Shown piece by piece: positions 42,380-51,607 of a DNA stretch of 64,000 bases; position 1 is the first letter of the stretch; every line of letters begins with the position of its first letter. The stretch is from assembly GCA_965228725.1 (NCBI GenBank), contig OZ245834.1:674198-738197 (forward strand), written 5' to 3'. The notes below the pieces were generated by a model that was not told the DNA's origin, ran no database searches, and saw only the letters and a list, made by a program, of their open reading frames with translations. Origin of the DNA: an uncultured Pseudohongiella sp. Its GTDB lineage: Bacteria > Pseudomonadota > Gammaproteobacteria > Pseudomonadales > Pseudohongiellaceae. The position numbers were made by a program, and so were the translations under genes.

Positions 42380-44836
42380 ATGACGCATCAAGACGTAGCC
42401 AAACAACACGCACACCTCGGGTCTAGCCCTCTTTCCGACAGCGCAGCGCTCGACCTTGCCTACCGCGAGGACACTGCTGCATTGCTCAGCGAAGCGGCGG
42501 CCATGCGGGATATTGGCCATGGCAACATTGTGACGTATTCCCGCAAGGTCTTTATTCCGCTCACCCAGCTCTGTCGTGACGTCTGTCACTACTGCACTTT
42601 CGCGCAGACCCCGCGCCACATCCCGCAAGCCTATCTTCCCAAGCCGGAAGTCTTGCGCCTCTGCCGTGAAGGTGCCGCGCTCGGCTGCCAGGAAGCCCTC
42701 TTTACGCTCGGCGAGCGACCTGAGCTACGTTACAAAGCTGCACGCGACGCGCTGGCCGAGATGGGTTATGCCACGACACTGGACTATGTCCGCGACGTAG
42801 CGGAGGCAGTGCTCAAGGAAACCGGGCTACTCCCCCATATCAACGCGGGCACCATGACGCGCGACGAAATTGCCGCGCTCCGTCAGGTGAGTGCGTCCAT
42901 GGGTATCATGCTGGAATCCGCCTCGGAACGTCTCTGCGAAAAAGGCATGCCGCACTTCGGATCACCGGACAAGGCGCCGCAAGTCAGACTGGAGACGCTT
43001 CGTCTGGCGGGTGAAGCCAACGTGCCTTTTACTACCGGCATTCTCATCGGGATTGGAGAAACACGGCTTGAACGCATCGAGTCGCTACTCGCTATTCGCC
43101 GCTTGCATGAGGAATTCGGGCATATTCAGGAAATCATCGTGCAGAATTTCCGCCGCAAGCCCGGTACCAAGATGGCGCAAGCGCCAGAACCCGACCTGGA
43201 AGAAATGCTCTGGACTCTCGCGGTGACGCGGCTGATTTTCGGGCCCGCGATGAATATTCAGGCACCACCGAATCTCAGTCCGGGAGTATTACCGCAACTC
43301 GTTGCGGCTGGCATTAATGACTGGGGCGGCGTGTCACCTCTGACACCGGATCATGTAAACCCCGAAGCGCCGTGGCCGCACCTCGACAAGCTTGCCGCCG
43401 AGACTGCACAGGCAGGCAAGTTCCTGGATCAGCGACTGACAGTCTATCCAGAGTACGCGCGCAACGCAGAGCGCTGGATCGATCCCGCCGTCACGCCAAC
43501 CGTACTGCGGCAGATGGATTCCGACGGATTCGCCAAGAGGGATACCTGGCACTCAGGCGAGGAACAGCAACCACCTCTTCTCGACACGCAGTTGTTGAGA
43601 GACTCAATCACGGACTGTGTCAGCGAACGCATCAGCTCGATCGTACAAAAATGCGTCGCGGGCCAGAGCGTCTCCGAACCGGAAGTGGCCGAGCTATTCA
43701 GAGCACGCGGCGCTGACTTTGCCCATATCTGCCAACAGGCTGACCAACTGCGGCAAGCGCTGTCCGGCGACACCGTCAGCTATGTCGTCAATCGCAATAT
43801 CAACTACACCAATGTCTGCTATTTCAAGTGTCAGTTCTGCGCGTTCTCGAAGGGCAAGCTGGCTGAGAATTTACGCGGTCGGCCCTATGACATCAGTGCG
43901 GAAGAGATGGCTCGTCGCTGTGTCGAGGCCTGGGAGCGTGGCGCCACTGAAGTGTGCATGCAGGGCGGAATCCATCCCGATTACACCGGCAGTACGTATC
44001 TGGAGATCGTCGCGACGGTTCGCCAGGCAGTGCCGGGCATGCACATCCATGCGTTCTCGCCACTGGAGATCTATCAGGGCGCGCAGACGCTGGGCATCTC
44101 CTTGTCTGATTTTCTGCAGCAACTCAAAGACGCTGGCCTCAATACTCTTCCGGGTACAGCAGCCGAAATCCTGCATGATGACGTACGGCAAACACTGTGT
44201 CCCGACAAGCTGAACACCGAACAGTGGCTGGAAGTGATGGCGGCCGCGCACGCGTGTGGATTCAATACGACAGCGACCATCATGTTTGGTCACATCGACA
44301 CACCGGAACACTGGGCAGCGCACTTGCTGCGTATACGGGAACTGCAGGAACGTACAGGCGGATTCACCGAGTTTGTTCCCCTGCCCTATGTTCATATGGA
44401 AGCGCCCCTCTACTTGCGCGGGCGTTCCCGCTCCGGCCCGAGTTATCGTGAAGCGATTCTGATGCATGCTGTGCCGCGACTGGTGTTTAACAAGTTACTA
44501 CCGAATATCCAGACCTCCTGGGTCAAAATGGGACGTCAGGGTGCAATGGATTGCCTGCGCGCAGGAGCCAACGATCTGGGCGGCACACTCATGAACGAGA
44601 GTATTACCCGTGCAGCAGGTGCGGAGCACGGCCAGGAGTGGTCACCGGCTGAGATTGAGAGCACGATTGCGGCGCAGGGTCGGCGGCCGATGATGCGCAC
44701 AACGCTGTATCAGGCAGCCAGCGAGGAACGCCGGGACAGCGCCTTTGCGGCGCAGGCGCTCCAGCCCTGCCACAACGAGGCGGCACTCAAGACCCAGCGC
44801 AGCAAAAAGCTTATTGCTCTTAGCAATCCGGGTTAA
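42380..44836 (+). CDS. fbiC: bifunctional FO (7,8-didemethyl-8-hydroxy-5-deazariboflavin) synthase, CofG+CofH fusion
   Basis: 818 aa. Two radical-SAM CxxxCxxC motifs (CRDVCHYCTF; CYFKCQFCAF) in two homologous halves. Confidence 0.9.
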   Translation: MTHQDVAKQHAHLGSSPLSDSAALDLAYREDTAALLSEAAAMRDIGHGNIVTYSRKVFIPLTQLCRDVCHYCTFAQTPRHIPQAYLPKPEVLRLCREGAALGCQEALFTLGERPELRYKAARDALAEMGYATTLDYVRDVAEAVLKETGLLPHINAGTMTRDEIAALRQVSASMGIMLESASERLCEKGMPHFGSPDKAPQVRLETLRLAGEANVPFTTGILIGIGETRLERIESLLAIRRLHEEFGHIQEIIVQNFRRKPGTKMAQAPEPDLEEMLWTLAVTRLIFGPAMNIQAPPNLSPGVLPQLVAAGINDWGGVSPLTPDHVNPEAPWPHLDKLAAETAQAGKFLDQRLTVYPEYARNAERWIDPAVTPTVLRQMDSDGFAKRDTWHSGEEQQPPLLDTQLLRDSITDCVSERISSIVQKCVAGQSVSEPEVAELFRARGADFAHICQQADQLRQALSGDTVSYVVNRNINYTNVCYFKCQFCAFSKGKLAENLRGRPYDISAEEMARRCVEAWERGATEVCMQGGIHPDYTGSTYLEIVATVRQAVPGMHIHAFSPLEIYQGAQTLGISLSDFLQQLKDAGLNTLPGTAAEILHDDVRQTLCPDKLNTEQWLEVMAAAHACGFNTTATIMFGHIDTPEHWAAHLLRIRELQERTGGFTEFVPLPYVHMEAPLYLRGRSRSGPSYREAILMHAVPRLVFNKLLPNIQTSWVKMGRQGAMDCLRAGANDLGGTLMNESITRAAGAEHGQEWSPAEIESTIAAQGRRPMMRTTLYQAASEERRDSAFAAQALQPCHNEAALKTQRSKKLIALSNPG

Positions 44837-45067
44837 AACCCGATGCTTTGGGGCCTTCCTGCCACTCACCTGACTGCTGAACCGATGCCTGGATTACCAC
44901 CGAAACAGTTATCAAGCATTCCCTTTCCTATCGCAAAAAAATCGCCGCTTCGCGCTACAGTCTGTAACGCGACAGCAGAAACAGAATCAGTATAATCAAT
45001 TACCAAACAGGGTCTGATATCACACGCTGATTCAGATCACCGATAATAACAAGGATGCCCATAAGCA

Positions 45068-45961
45068 ATGAAAATAGCGGTAACTGGTGCCAACAGCAGT
45101 GTCGGAAAGGCTCTACTCGCTGAGCTCGCAGCACAGGGCCATCACGTCAGTGCTGGCGTTCGGAGTAGCAAGTCATTCGCAGATCTGCCTCAGCACGAAA
45201 ACATCTCTCCCTGCACGATCGATTATCAGGATACAGCCACCCTGCTCGCTGCGCTGAATGGCTGTGACGCAGTCATTCACCTCGCTGGCATTCTAATCGA
45301 AAGCAAGCATTCCAATTACGCGACAGCAAATATCGCAGCGACGGATGCAGTAGTTGCCGCGGCACGAGAAGCGAGCTTGAAGCATATTGTGTTCATCAGT
45401 GTCGTTAACGCCAGCGCCGACTCGCGCAATGCCTATCTGCGCTCCAAAGGTTTGGGCGAGGTGTCGGTGCAGCAATCGGGCATTCCCGCTACGGTGCTGC
45501 GCACTCCCATGCTACTCGGTCCGGGCACGGCAGGCGCCTCATCGCTTATTGGCACAGCACGCGGCAGCACGGCCAAGATTCTCGGTGGCGGCAACTACAC
45601 CATGCGACCACTCGATGTCGAAGACTTATGCAATGCAATTATCGCTGCCTGCAATAATCCACAAGAACACAATTGTGTTCGGGAACTCGTTGGCCCCGAA
45701 GGAATCACCTTCCGCGCGCTCATCGAAAAAACTGCTGCGCTACAGGGACGCGAGATCAGCATCAGCTCCATACCAATCTGGTCAGCGAAACTGTTTGCCG
45801 CGATTGGTTCGATCGTCAAGGGCGGCGGCATTAGCCCAACCGTGATCGATGTGATTACCAGCGATGAACACGTCAGCAGTAATGCCGACACCGCGCTGGG
45901 CATCACCCTGACACCGCTGGATACCACTCTTCAAAAAATACTAACGGCGCATTCCTCATGA
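45068..45961 (+). CDS. NAD(P)-binding Rossmann protein (atypical SDR/NmrA/epimerase-like)
   Basis: MKIAVTGANSSVGKAL N-terminus, 297 aa. Confidence 0.8.
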   Translation: MKIAVTGANSSVGKALLAELAAQGHHVSAGVRSSKSFADLPQHENISPCTIDYQDTATLLAALNGCDAVIHLAGILIESKHSNYATANIAATDAVVAAAREASLKHIVFISVVNASADSRNAYLRSKGLGEVSVQQSGIPATVLRTPMLLGPGTAGASSLIGTARGSTAKILGGGNYTMRPLDVEDLCNAIIAACNNPQEHNCVRELVGPEGITFRALIEKTAALQGREISISSIPIWSAKLFAAIGSIVKGGGISPTVIDVITSDEHVSSNADTALGITLTPLDTTLQKILTAHSS

Positions 45962-46953
45962 GCGAACCAACAGAAGCAACACCAGAAGTCCAGGCAGACA
46001 GCGCAGCGGCAGCAGCACCAGGCAAGAAAAAAAGCCCGGTCGGCCGTGTCATCTTCCTGATTATCACGGCCTTATGTTTCGCCTATCTCTACTACCGGCT
46101 CAATGGTGCGGCGATGCGCGAAGGCATGAGCCTGACTGCCTATATGACCCAGGTATTCGCCAATGTCGCCTGGCTCCCCTGGCTGGGCCTGATGATGGCC
46201 TATTCCCTGTTTTATTTCCTGATCGATACGCTCGTGGTCACCCGCGCACTGAACTGGTTTCTGGCGCCTATCCGCTATCGCGATATTCTGCCCATACGTG
46301 CCAGCGCCTATATTATTTCGATCTTCAATGAGCAGATTGGTAAAGGTGCGATGGCCTACTACCTTAACAAACGCGACAAGGTGCCAGGCTGGGAAGTCGG
46401 CTCAGTCATGTTGTTTATCATGTTCTGCGAGATCTTCTATCTACTGATCTGGGCAACGGCCGGCTACCTCTTCAGCGGCGCCGAATTACCCGAAGTGTTC
46501 AGTATCCTGCCTGTTATTAGCATCAGTGCATTCATTTTTCTGGCGCTCTGGATGCTCTACTTCAACGGCAAGATTCTGCCCAACAATCAGTTTCGCGAGC
46601 GGCGCATTCTCGCAGCGTTTCGACAGGCCAAGCCCTGGCACTATGGCGCATTCTTCCTGTTGCGCTCACCTGCCCTGTTGGCTGCGGTGGTGGTCTATAC
46701 CACGGCACTCAATCTGTTTGGAGTTGAAGCCTCCATCATGAATCTGCTGCCCTATCTGCCGGTAATATTTTTCGCAGCGGCGGTGCCGACCCCGATGCGT
46801 GCTGCAGCGATCACTTTCTGGGTAGTGCTCTTTCCGGAGAATGAGGGCCAGATGGCTGCGTTTGGCTTTGTGCAGCACAACTTCTTTATCCTGTTCAACG
46901 CCCTGATCGGCCTCCTGTTCTGGCGCCGCGCGCAACGCGACCTGTTTGCTTGA
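45958..46953 (+). CDS. flippase-like / lysyl-PG-synthase-TM-region family membrane protein
   Basis: About 8 TM helices. ATGA overlap with the upstream gene. Family call is from general pattern only. Confidence 0.55.
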   Translation: MSEPTEATPEVQADSAAAAAPGKKKSPVGRVIFLIITALCFAYLYYRLNGAAMREGMSLTAYMTQVFANVAWLPWLGLMMAYSLFYFLIDTLVVTRALNWFLAPIRYRDILPIRASAYIISIFNEQIGKGAMAYYLNKRDKVPGWEVGSVMLFIMFCEIFYLLIWATAGYLFSGAELPEVFSILPVISISAFIFLALWMLYFNGKILPNNQFRERRILAAFRQAKPWHYGAFFLLRSPALLAAVVVYTTALNLFGVEASIMNLLPYLPVIFFAAAVPTPMRAAAITFWVVLFPENEGQMAAFGFVQHNFFILFNALIGLLFWRRAQRDLFA

Positions 46954-47474
46954 TGCTCGCCAATCTGCTGACTGGCATACGTGTACTGCTGATCGCACCG
47001 CTGGTGGTGTTGATCAGCAGCGCAGACGAGTCTTCGGCAACCTTGCTGCTGGGCCTGCTTCTCATCGCCATTGCCAGCGACTATTTCGATGGCATCGTCG
47101 CACGCCGCATGCAAACCGCATCACCGCGTGGCCAGTTATTCGATCACAGTACCGACTTCCTGTTTGTCACTTCCGGGCTATTCGCCGCGGCATCCACAGG
47201 ACTCCTGACCATCTGGCTCCCGATTCTCATTGTGTTGGCTTTCAGCCAATACGTATTGGACTCCTACTTCCTCTATCGACAGAAGCAATTGCGCATGAGT
47301 TTTCTCGGCCGCTGGAATGGGATTTTCTACTTCGCCCCACTGCTGCTCATCGCCTTTGACCGCCTGGTGGCTGTTGATCTGGGCATCGCGTTACAGGGAC
47401 TCGCCTGGCTGCTCTTGTTCACGACCCTGCTGTCGATTGCAGACCGGCTACTCGCACCACTGCGTCAAACCTGA
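46953..47474 (+). CDS. CDP-alcohol phosphatidyltransferase family protein
   Basis: DYFDGIVARRMQTASPRGQLFDHSTDFLF matches D-x2-D-G-x2-A-R-x8-G-x3-D-x3-D. TGATG overlap with the upstream gene. Confidence 0.8.
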   Translation: MLANLLTGIRVLLIAPLVVLISSADESSATLLLGLLLIAIASDYFDGIVARRMQTASPRGQLFDHSTDFLFVTSGLFAAASTGLLTIWLPILIVLAFSQYVLDSYFLYRQKQLRMSFLGRWNGIFYFAPLLLIAFDRLVAVDLGIALQGLAWLLLFTTLLSIADRLLAPLRQT

Positions 47475-47538
47475 AGCTGCAGGCAGCGCAGCCTGCTCAT
47501 AGGATACGAATCGAGAATTGACACAGGAGCGCTATCGC

Positions 47539-48123
47539 TCATTCCTCTGGCGGGCGTGAACCGAAGCTGAGTGGGTATAGCGGGTAGAGAGTAAAGAAGT
47601 CGCGCAGCCTGAACTCGTTCAGTACTTTTTGACTGTAGCCACGCTTGCGGTTGCGAAATTGGTCATAATCGCGATAGCGCAGTTTGTGCAGGCAATCCTT
47701 GCACACGACCAGGCCATGCGACACCAGCGACACATCCCCGCCCGGTCGAATCTTCAACAAATCATAGTCTTCAGCGAGTCGGGTCGTGGCCAGAAATTCC
47801 TGCTGCGGGTGCTCGGCCAGCTCTGTTTCGATCCGCGCACAGCGCGCGACATGGTAGGTAGGAAACTCGCGGTGGGTGCGATAGTAGTTTTCATCGGGAT
47901 TGTAGATGAGTACCCGGGAATTTTTCACGGCAAGTGTGTTATCCGGGAGGAACTTCAATTGCGCTAACGGCAGCAGTTTACCCGCGCTCTCAAGTTCCGA
48001 ACGCTCATTTCCTGTCAGGTGGATCGCCGGGTCAAACAGCTCGAAGTAACCGAGCTCACTCGCACCCATCTTCTCCCGTAGCGTATTGAACGGAGCGAAG
48101 TCGGTGAAATCCAGCAACTCCAT
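47539..48123 (-). CDS. small Cys/His-containing protein, third gene of the MotAB-like trio (candidate effector)
   Basis: 194 aa. TYHVARCARI ... SHGLVVCKDCLHKL. Starts immediately after the MotB-like stop. Confidence 0.6.
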   Translation of the reverse strand: MELLDFTDFAPFNTLREKMGASELGYFELFDPAIHLTGNERSELESAGKLLPLAQLKFLPDNTLAVKNSRVLIYNPDENYYRTHREFPTYHVARCARIETELAEHPQQEFLATTRLAEDYDLLKIRPGGDVSLVSHGLVVCKDCLHKLRYRDYDQFRNRKRGYSQKVLNEFRLRDFFTLYPLYPLSFGSRPPEE

Positions 48124-48831
48124 TTAGCGGATCTCCTGCAAAATGGTCGACAGCCGGGTTTCCGCGTCGGTTACAACAACGAATTCAACGCGCCGTGAAC
48201 GATCTGCGTCTTCAAAACCGTCTGGTGAGCGAATCAATTGCGAAGACGAGAGGCCGTTGGCGGTCAGGCGCTGTCGCAACCAGTCTTTCTCATGCGCCAC
48301 AGCGTCGAGTTCCATCAGATAGCCTAGCGTCGAGCGGGTACGCTCCTGAGAAAGCGCCATGTTTAACAGATAGGCCGCATCACTATCCTGTGCCTGAGAC
48401 CAGGAGCTGGAAGTGTGCCCTTCGATCCTGATCTCCAGAATCTCCTCGCGGTATTTGGGCGAGGCAAGTATTGTCATATAGCGCGGAAAAAACTCGGCAA
48501 GAATGTTTGCGAACTCAGCGCGCAGACTGGACTCCCCTTCCTCAAACAGCAGATCGGTGTTGGTGAAGCGCAAGCGCAGATCTTCATCGAGCTGTGCACC
48601 CCAGCGCGGCAAATCGCTTGCGAACTCCTGCTGCAGATCCGTGTAGAGTTCCTCTCGCAGATCCTCATACAGAACAACGACACGCTCAATCTCGTCATTC
48701 TTGCGCTCGACGATCACGAGATACATGACCGCAATCAGCAGGAACAGCATCATCAGCCCACTCATCAGATCGCTGACAGCAATCCAGTGTTCTTCCGTCT
48801 CCTGTTCCAGTTCTGTGTGCTGCAGACTCAT
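48124..48831 (-). CDS. MotB/OmpA-family peptidoglycan-binding stator-like protein (ZorB-like)
   Basis: TM helix with conserved Asp (WIAVSDLMSGLMMLFLL), like the MotB plug/TM. C-terminal OmpA-like IRIEGHTSS...NMALSQERTRS...RRVEFVV. Confidence 0.8.
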   Translation of the reverse strand: MSLQHTELEQETEEHWIAVSDLMSGLMMLFLLIAVMYLVIVERKNDEIERVVVLYEDLREELYTDLQQEFASDLPRWGAQLDEDLRLRFTNTDLLFEEGESSLRAEFANILAEFFPRYMTILASPKYREEILEIRIEGHTSSSWSQAQDSDAAYLLNMALSQERTRSTLGYLMELDAVAHEKDWLRQRLTANGLSSSQLIRSPDGFEDADRSRRVEFVVVTDAETRLSTILQEIR

Positions 48832-48861
48832 TACTGTGTGCTCTTCACTTGCAGCGCGGCG

Positions 48862-50082
48862 CTAGTTGCGCGGCGCCTCAAGTTGTTGTTCGGCGATTTG
48901 CAGCACCGAGCGCAGGCGATCCGTTAGCGGCATATAGTCATTCACGAATTTCTCAGACAGCGCAGTCAATTGATAACCAAAAGTCTGCAAAGCCTGAGTG
49001 AGCTCCTTCTCCATGGCCTCGTCGAGACGGCGTGCCTGTGCATCCGTTTTGTCTGCCATGGCCCGTACATGTTCCGCCAGCCCGCTATGGGCACTGTTGA
49101 CCGAAGCAGCAAGCGATTGATTGACCTCTGCTACCGTGGCGCTGATATCCCGAGCCGCCTGGCTGAGCAATTGGGTCACACTGCTGTTGTTCTGCTCGAT
49201 ACTCGCCGTGAGTTTCACCGTCAGCTCGCTGACATAATCACTCAGCGCGGGCAGCCCTTTTGAAGCCTGCCCCACCAGCCCCGACAAGCCGGACAGATAG
49301 CCTTCCAGATTGCGAGTCTGTTGCTCAAGCCCACTGAGCAGCTCACCCAGGGAACCGGCCACGCGATTGAATTCCCGCGAGTGTTCCAGCATTTGTTCGT
49401 AGGAGTCCCCCGCTTGCTGGATCACCTGAATACTGGACTGCTGTGCCTGCAGCATCTTGTCGAGCTGTGCTGTGTAGGACTGCTGCCAATCCAGAAGCTG
49501 GCCGAGTGACGCATTGAACTTCTGAAAATTCTCGCCGTATTGCACTTCGATGCGACTATTGAAGTCACGCATCACGGTCTCAATCGCCAGCGTTAACGCG
49601 TCACTGTTGGCACCAACCATCTCCTCGCGATAATGCCGATTGGCCTCGAGCAGGCTCGCATTGTCTTCCCGGCTCTCGAGCCTGAGTGCGTTGAGATTGT
49701 CGTTCAGCGCCACGATGGCATTGTTAAGGTCTGTGACAGTCGCCTGCTGGCTGGTCGCTGCGTCGGATTGCCGTATCGAGCGCAGAGCGGCACGCAGGCG
49801 GATACTGAGTGCACCGAGTATGCCTGTCACCGATGACCAGACTGCCACACCAAGGCCATCGATCATCAACGGCACACTCGCTTCGATATTGGCGCTATCA
49901 AATTGCATCAGGCCGAAGGCGATGCCGAGAAAAGTGCCAAAGATACCGAAGCTGGTCAGGATCGAGGGTGCACTGCGCACTGTCTGCTGCGAAAAACTCG
50001 GGCCATGGAAATAGGCGATCAAGCCCAGCATGGCGGCAATCAACACCCAGGTGATAGTGGTCAGGTCGAGCAGTGCAGCCAT
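48862..50082 (-). CDS. MotA/ExbB/TolQ-family channel protein with ~300-aa C-terminal coiled coil (ZorA-like)
   Basis: 3 TM helices, with ILTSFGIFGTFLGIAFGL matching the MotA/ExbB LGLLGTVxGm motif, then a long heptad-rich tail. Confidence 0.7.
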   Translation of the reverse strand: MAALLDLTTITWVLIAAMLGLIAYFHGPSFSQQTVRSAPSILTSFGIFGTFLGIAFGLMQFDSANIEASVPLMIDGLGVAVWSSVTGILGALSIRLRAALRSIRQSDAATSQQATVTDLNNAIVALNDNLNALRLESREDNASLLEANRHYREEMVGANSDALTLAIETVMRDFNSRIEVQYGENFQKFNASLGQLLDWQQSYTAQLDKMLQAQQSSIQVIQQAGDSYEQMLEHSREFNRVAGSLGELLSGLEQQTRNLEGYLSGLSGLVGQASKGLPALSDYVSELTVKLTASIEQNNSSVTQLLSQAARDISATVAEVNQSLAASVNSAHSGLAEHVRAMADKTDAQARRLDEAMEKELTQALQTFGYQLTALSEKFVNDYMPLTDRLRSVLQIAEQQLEAPRN

Positions 50083-50093
50083 CGCAATTCCCG

Positions 50094-50930
50094 TCAGTCT
50101 TCAGCCTGGCGACGATAGGCGCCGTAGATGAGCTCTTCAGTGAACTCCACACACTTGAATTCGAGTAGCTGAGCGTTCTCATCCAGCCGTCGATACAGAG
50201 GCAAGCGCAGGGTCCATGGGCGTGTGTAGGTATTGGGATCTTCCAGAGTCGCCTCATAGATCAACACGTCTGGCCCGCGATGTGTATAGCGCTCGGTCAC
50301 GCGCAATGCATCGCTGTGGTGATTACCTGCGTGGTCCAGCCAGGTATCCGGCACCTGATCGGTGACATCGATGACCAGAGTATCGCCCTCGAAATGCGCT
50401 CGTGAGTGACCCATCCAGGAGAATACCGGTGCCTCGAAGTCCGGGCGGTCGACATAGACGATGCGACTGGCACTGGCGAATTCGTAGGCGAATATCAGGT
50501 GCTCCGGTGATTGCACTATCTGGAAAGGGAATGGCAGGTAGTTCGCACGCGGCACACCCGGCATATAACACTTGACCAGTGGGTCGAGAGACAACCAGTC
50601 AGCGGCATTGGCCTGCTGCTGGGCCCTCGCTTCAGCGGTATATGGGATTTCTCCGCCAACCACGACTCCCACACTGGCCGCTGAGGCCCCAAAGGCGCCC
50701 AATACTGGCAAGGGGGGAAAGTCGGCTGCACTCGGCTCGACATTCCAGTGAGCAGCGCCGAGTGCCTGCCACAAGCCATTAAAATCCGGTCTGCCATCTG
50801 CGGTGCGCGGGATATCCTGCGCATTTGCCAGTCCCGCGACCGCGAGACTCACTACTACGAGCAGGACGCTCGCGAGGCGGTGTTGACCCATTTCCAGGAA
50901 CTTCTTAACCAACAACATGTTATGGAGCAT
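50094..50930 (-). CDS. periplasmic hypothetical protein
   Basis: Signal peptide ...AVAGLANAQD, 278-aa ORF (probable start at M14, 50891). Stop lies 11 nt before the ZorA-like start. Confidence 0.6.
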   Translation of the reverse strand: MLHNMLLVKKFLEMGQHRLASVLLVVVSLAVAGLANAQDIPRTADGRPDFNGLWQALGAAHWNVEPSAADFPPLPVLGAFGASAASVGVVVGGEIPYTAEARAQQQANAADWLSLDPLVKCYMPGVPRANYLPFPFQIVQSPEHLIFAYEFASASRIVYVDRPDFEAPVFSWMGHSRAHFEGDTLVIDVTDQVPDTWLDHAGNHHSDALRVTERYTHRGPDVLIYEATLEDPNTYTRPWTLRLPLYRRLDENAQLLEFKCVEFTEELIYGAYRRQAED

Positions 50931-51076
50931 CTTCTACGGTCTCCTCGAGTCGTGACTTGTTATTTTGAATTGCTGTTATTATCACAGGCCATGCGTTGTC
51001 AGCTGGCTCGCGCCAGTCTAGCACAGGCAGCGAGACAGGCTCGCCTTTGTCAAAAACTGTGCTCTCGCCAGTGCCA

Positions 51077-51592
51077 ATGCAAGCGATTAACACAGGCCCG
51101 GACTACATGTTGTATTTACTCGCCAGAGTTGAGGAAACCCCGCTCAGCAGCTGGCTACGAGAGTCCGGCCCTGCCTTCTTCAGCTCTCTTGCGCTGCACT
51201 CGCTGGCCATGGCTGTGGTCGTAGGAATTAATTGCGCAGTCGCATTCAGATTGCTCGGCATCGTACCAGCCTATTCACTGCAACGGTTTCAGCCGTTCTA
51301 CCGGCTCAATTGGCTGGGTGTCGTGCTAATTTTGCTCTCAGGCACTGCCCTGTTGCTCGCCTATCCGGCCAAGGCGCTCACTAACCCGGTCTTCTATGGC
51401 AAGTTGACCGCCTTGCTTGCTGCGTTACTGCTGTTCCGCAATGTGCAGCAACACGCACGCCAGACACACGACCTGTGGGGCAGCGAGAAGCGTATCGGGA
51501 TGGTGTTGCTGGCGCTGTGGGTCGGCGTTCTGTTCGCCGGTCGCTTTCTGGCCTACACCCACTCCATCCTGCTCGCTTCGAGTTTTCACTAG
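51077..51592 (+). CDS. membrane protein (hypothetical)
   Basis: 4 hydrophobic helices. Start uncertain (ORF opens at 50996). Confidence 0.5.
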   Translation: MQAINTGPDYMLYLLARVEETPLSSWLRESGPAFFSSLALHSLAMAVVVGINCAVAFRLLGIVPAYSLQRFQPFYRLNWLGVVLILLSGTALLLAYPAKALTNPVFYGKLTALLAALLLFRNVQQHARQTHDLWGSEKRIGMVLLALWVGVLFAGRFLAYTHSILLASSFH

Positions 51593-51607
51593 AACGGGCA
51601 GCCTGGT

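Noticed and set aside
47539-48123. Calling the third gene ZorE (HNH endonuclease) outright
   Set aside because: I could not find canonical HNH catalytic boxes (HH...N...H with paired CxxC). Only a partial, out-of-register resemblance exists, so it is kept as an unassigned candidate effector.
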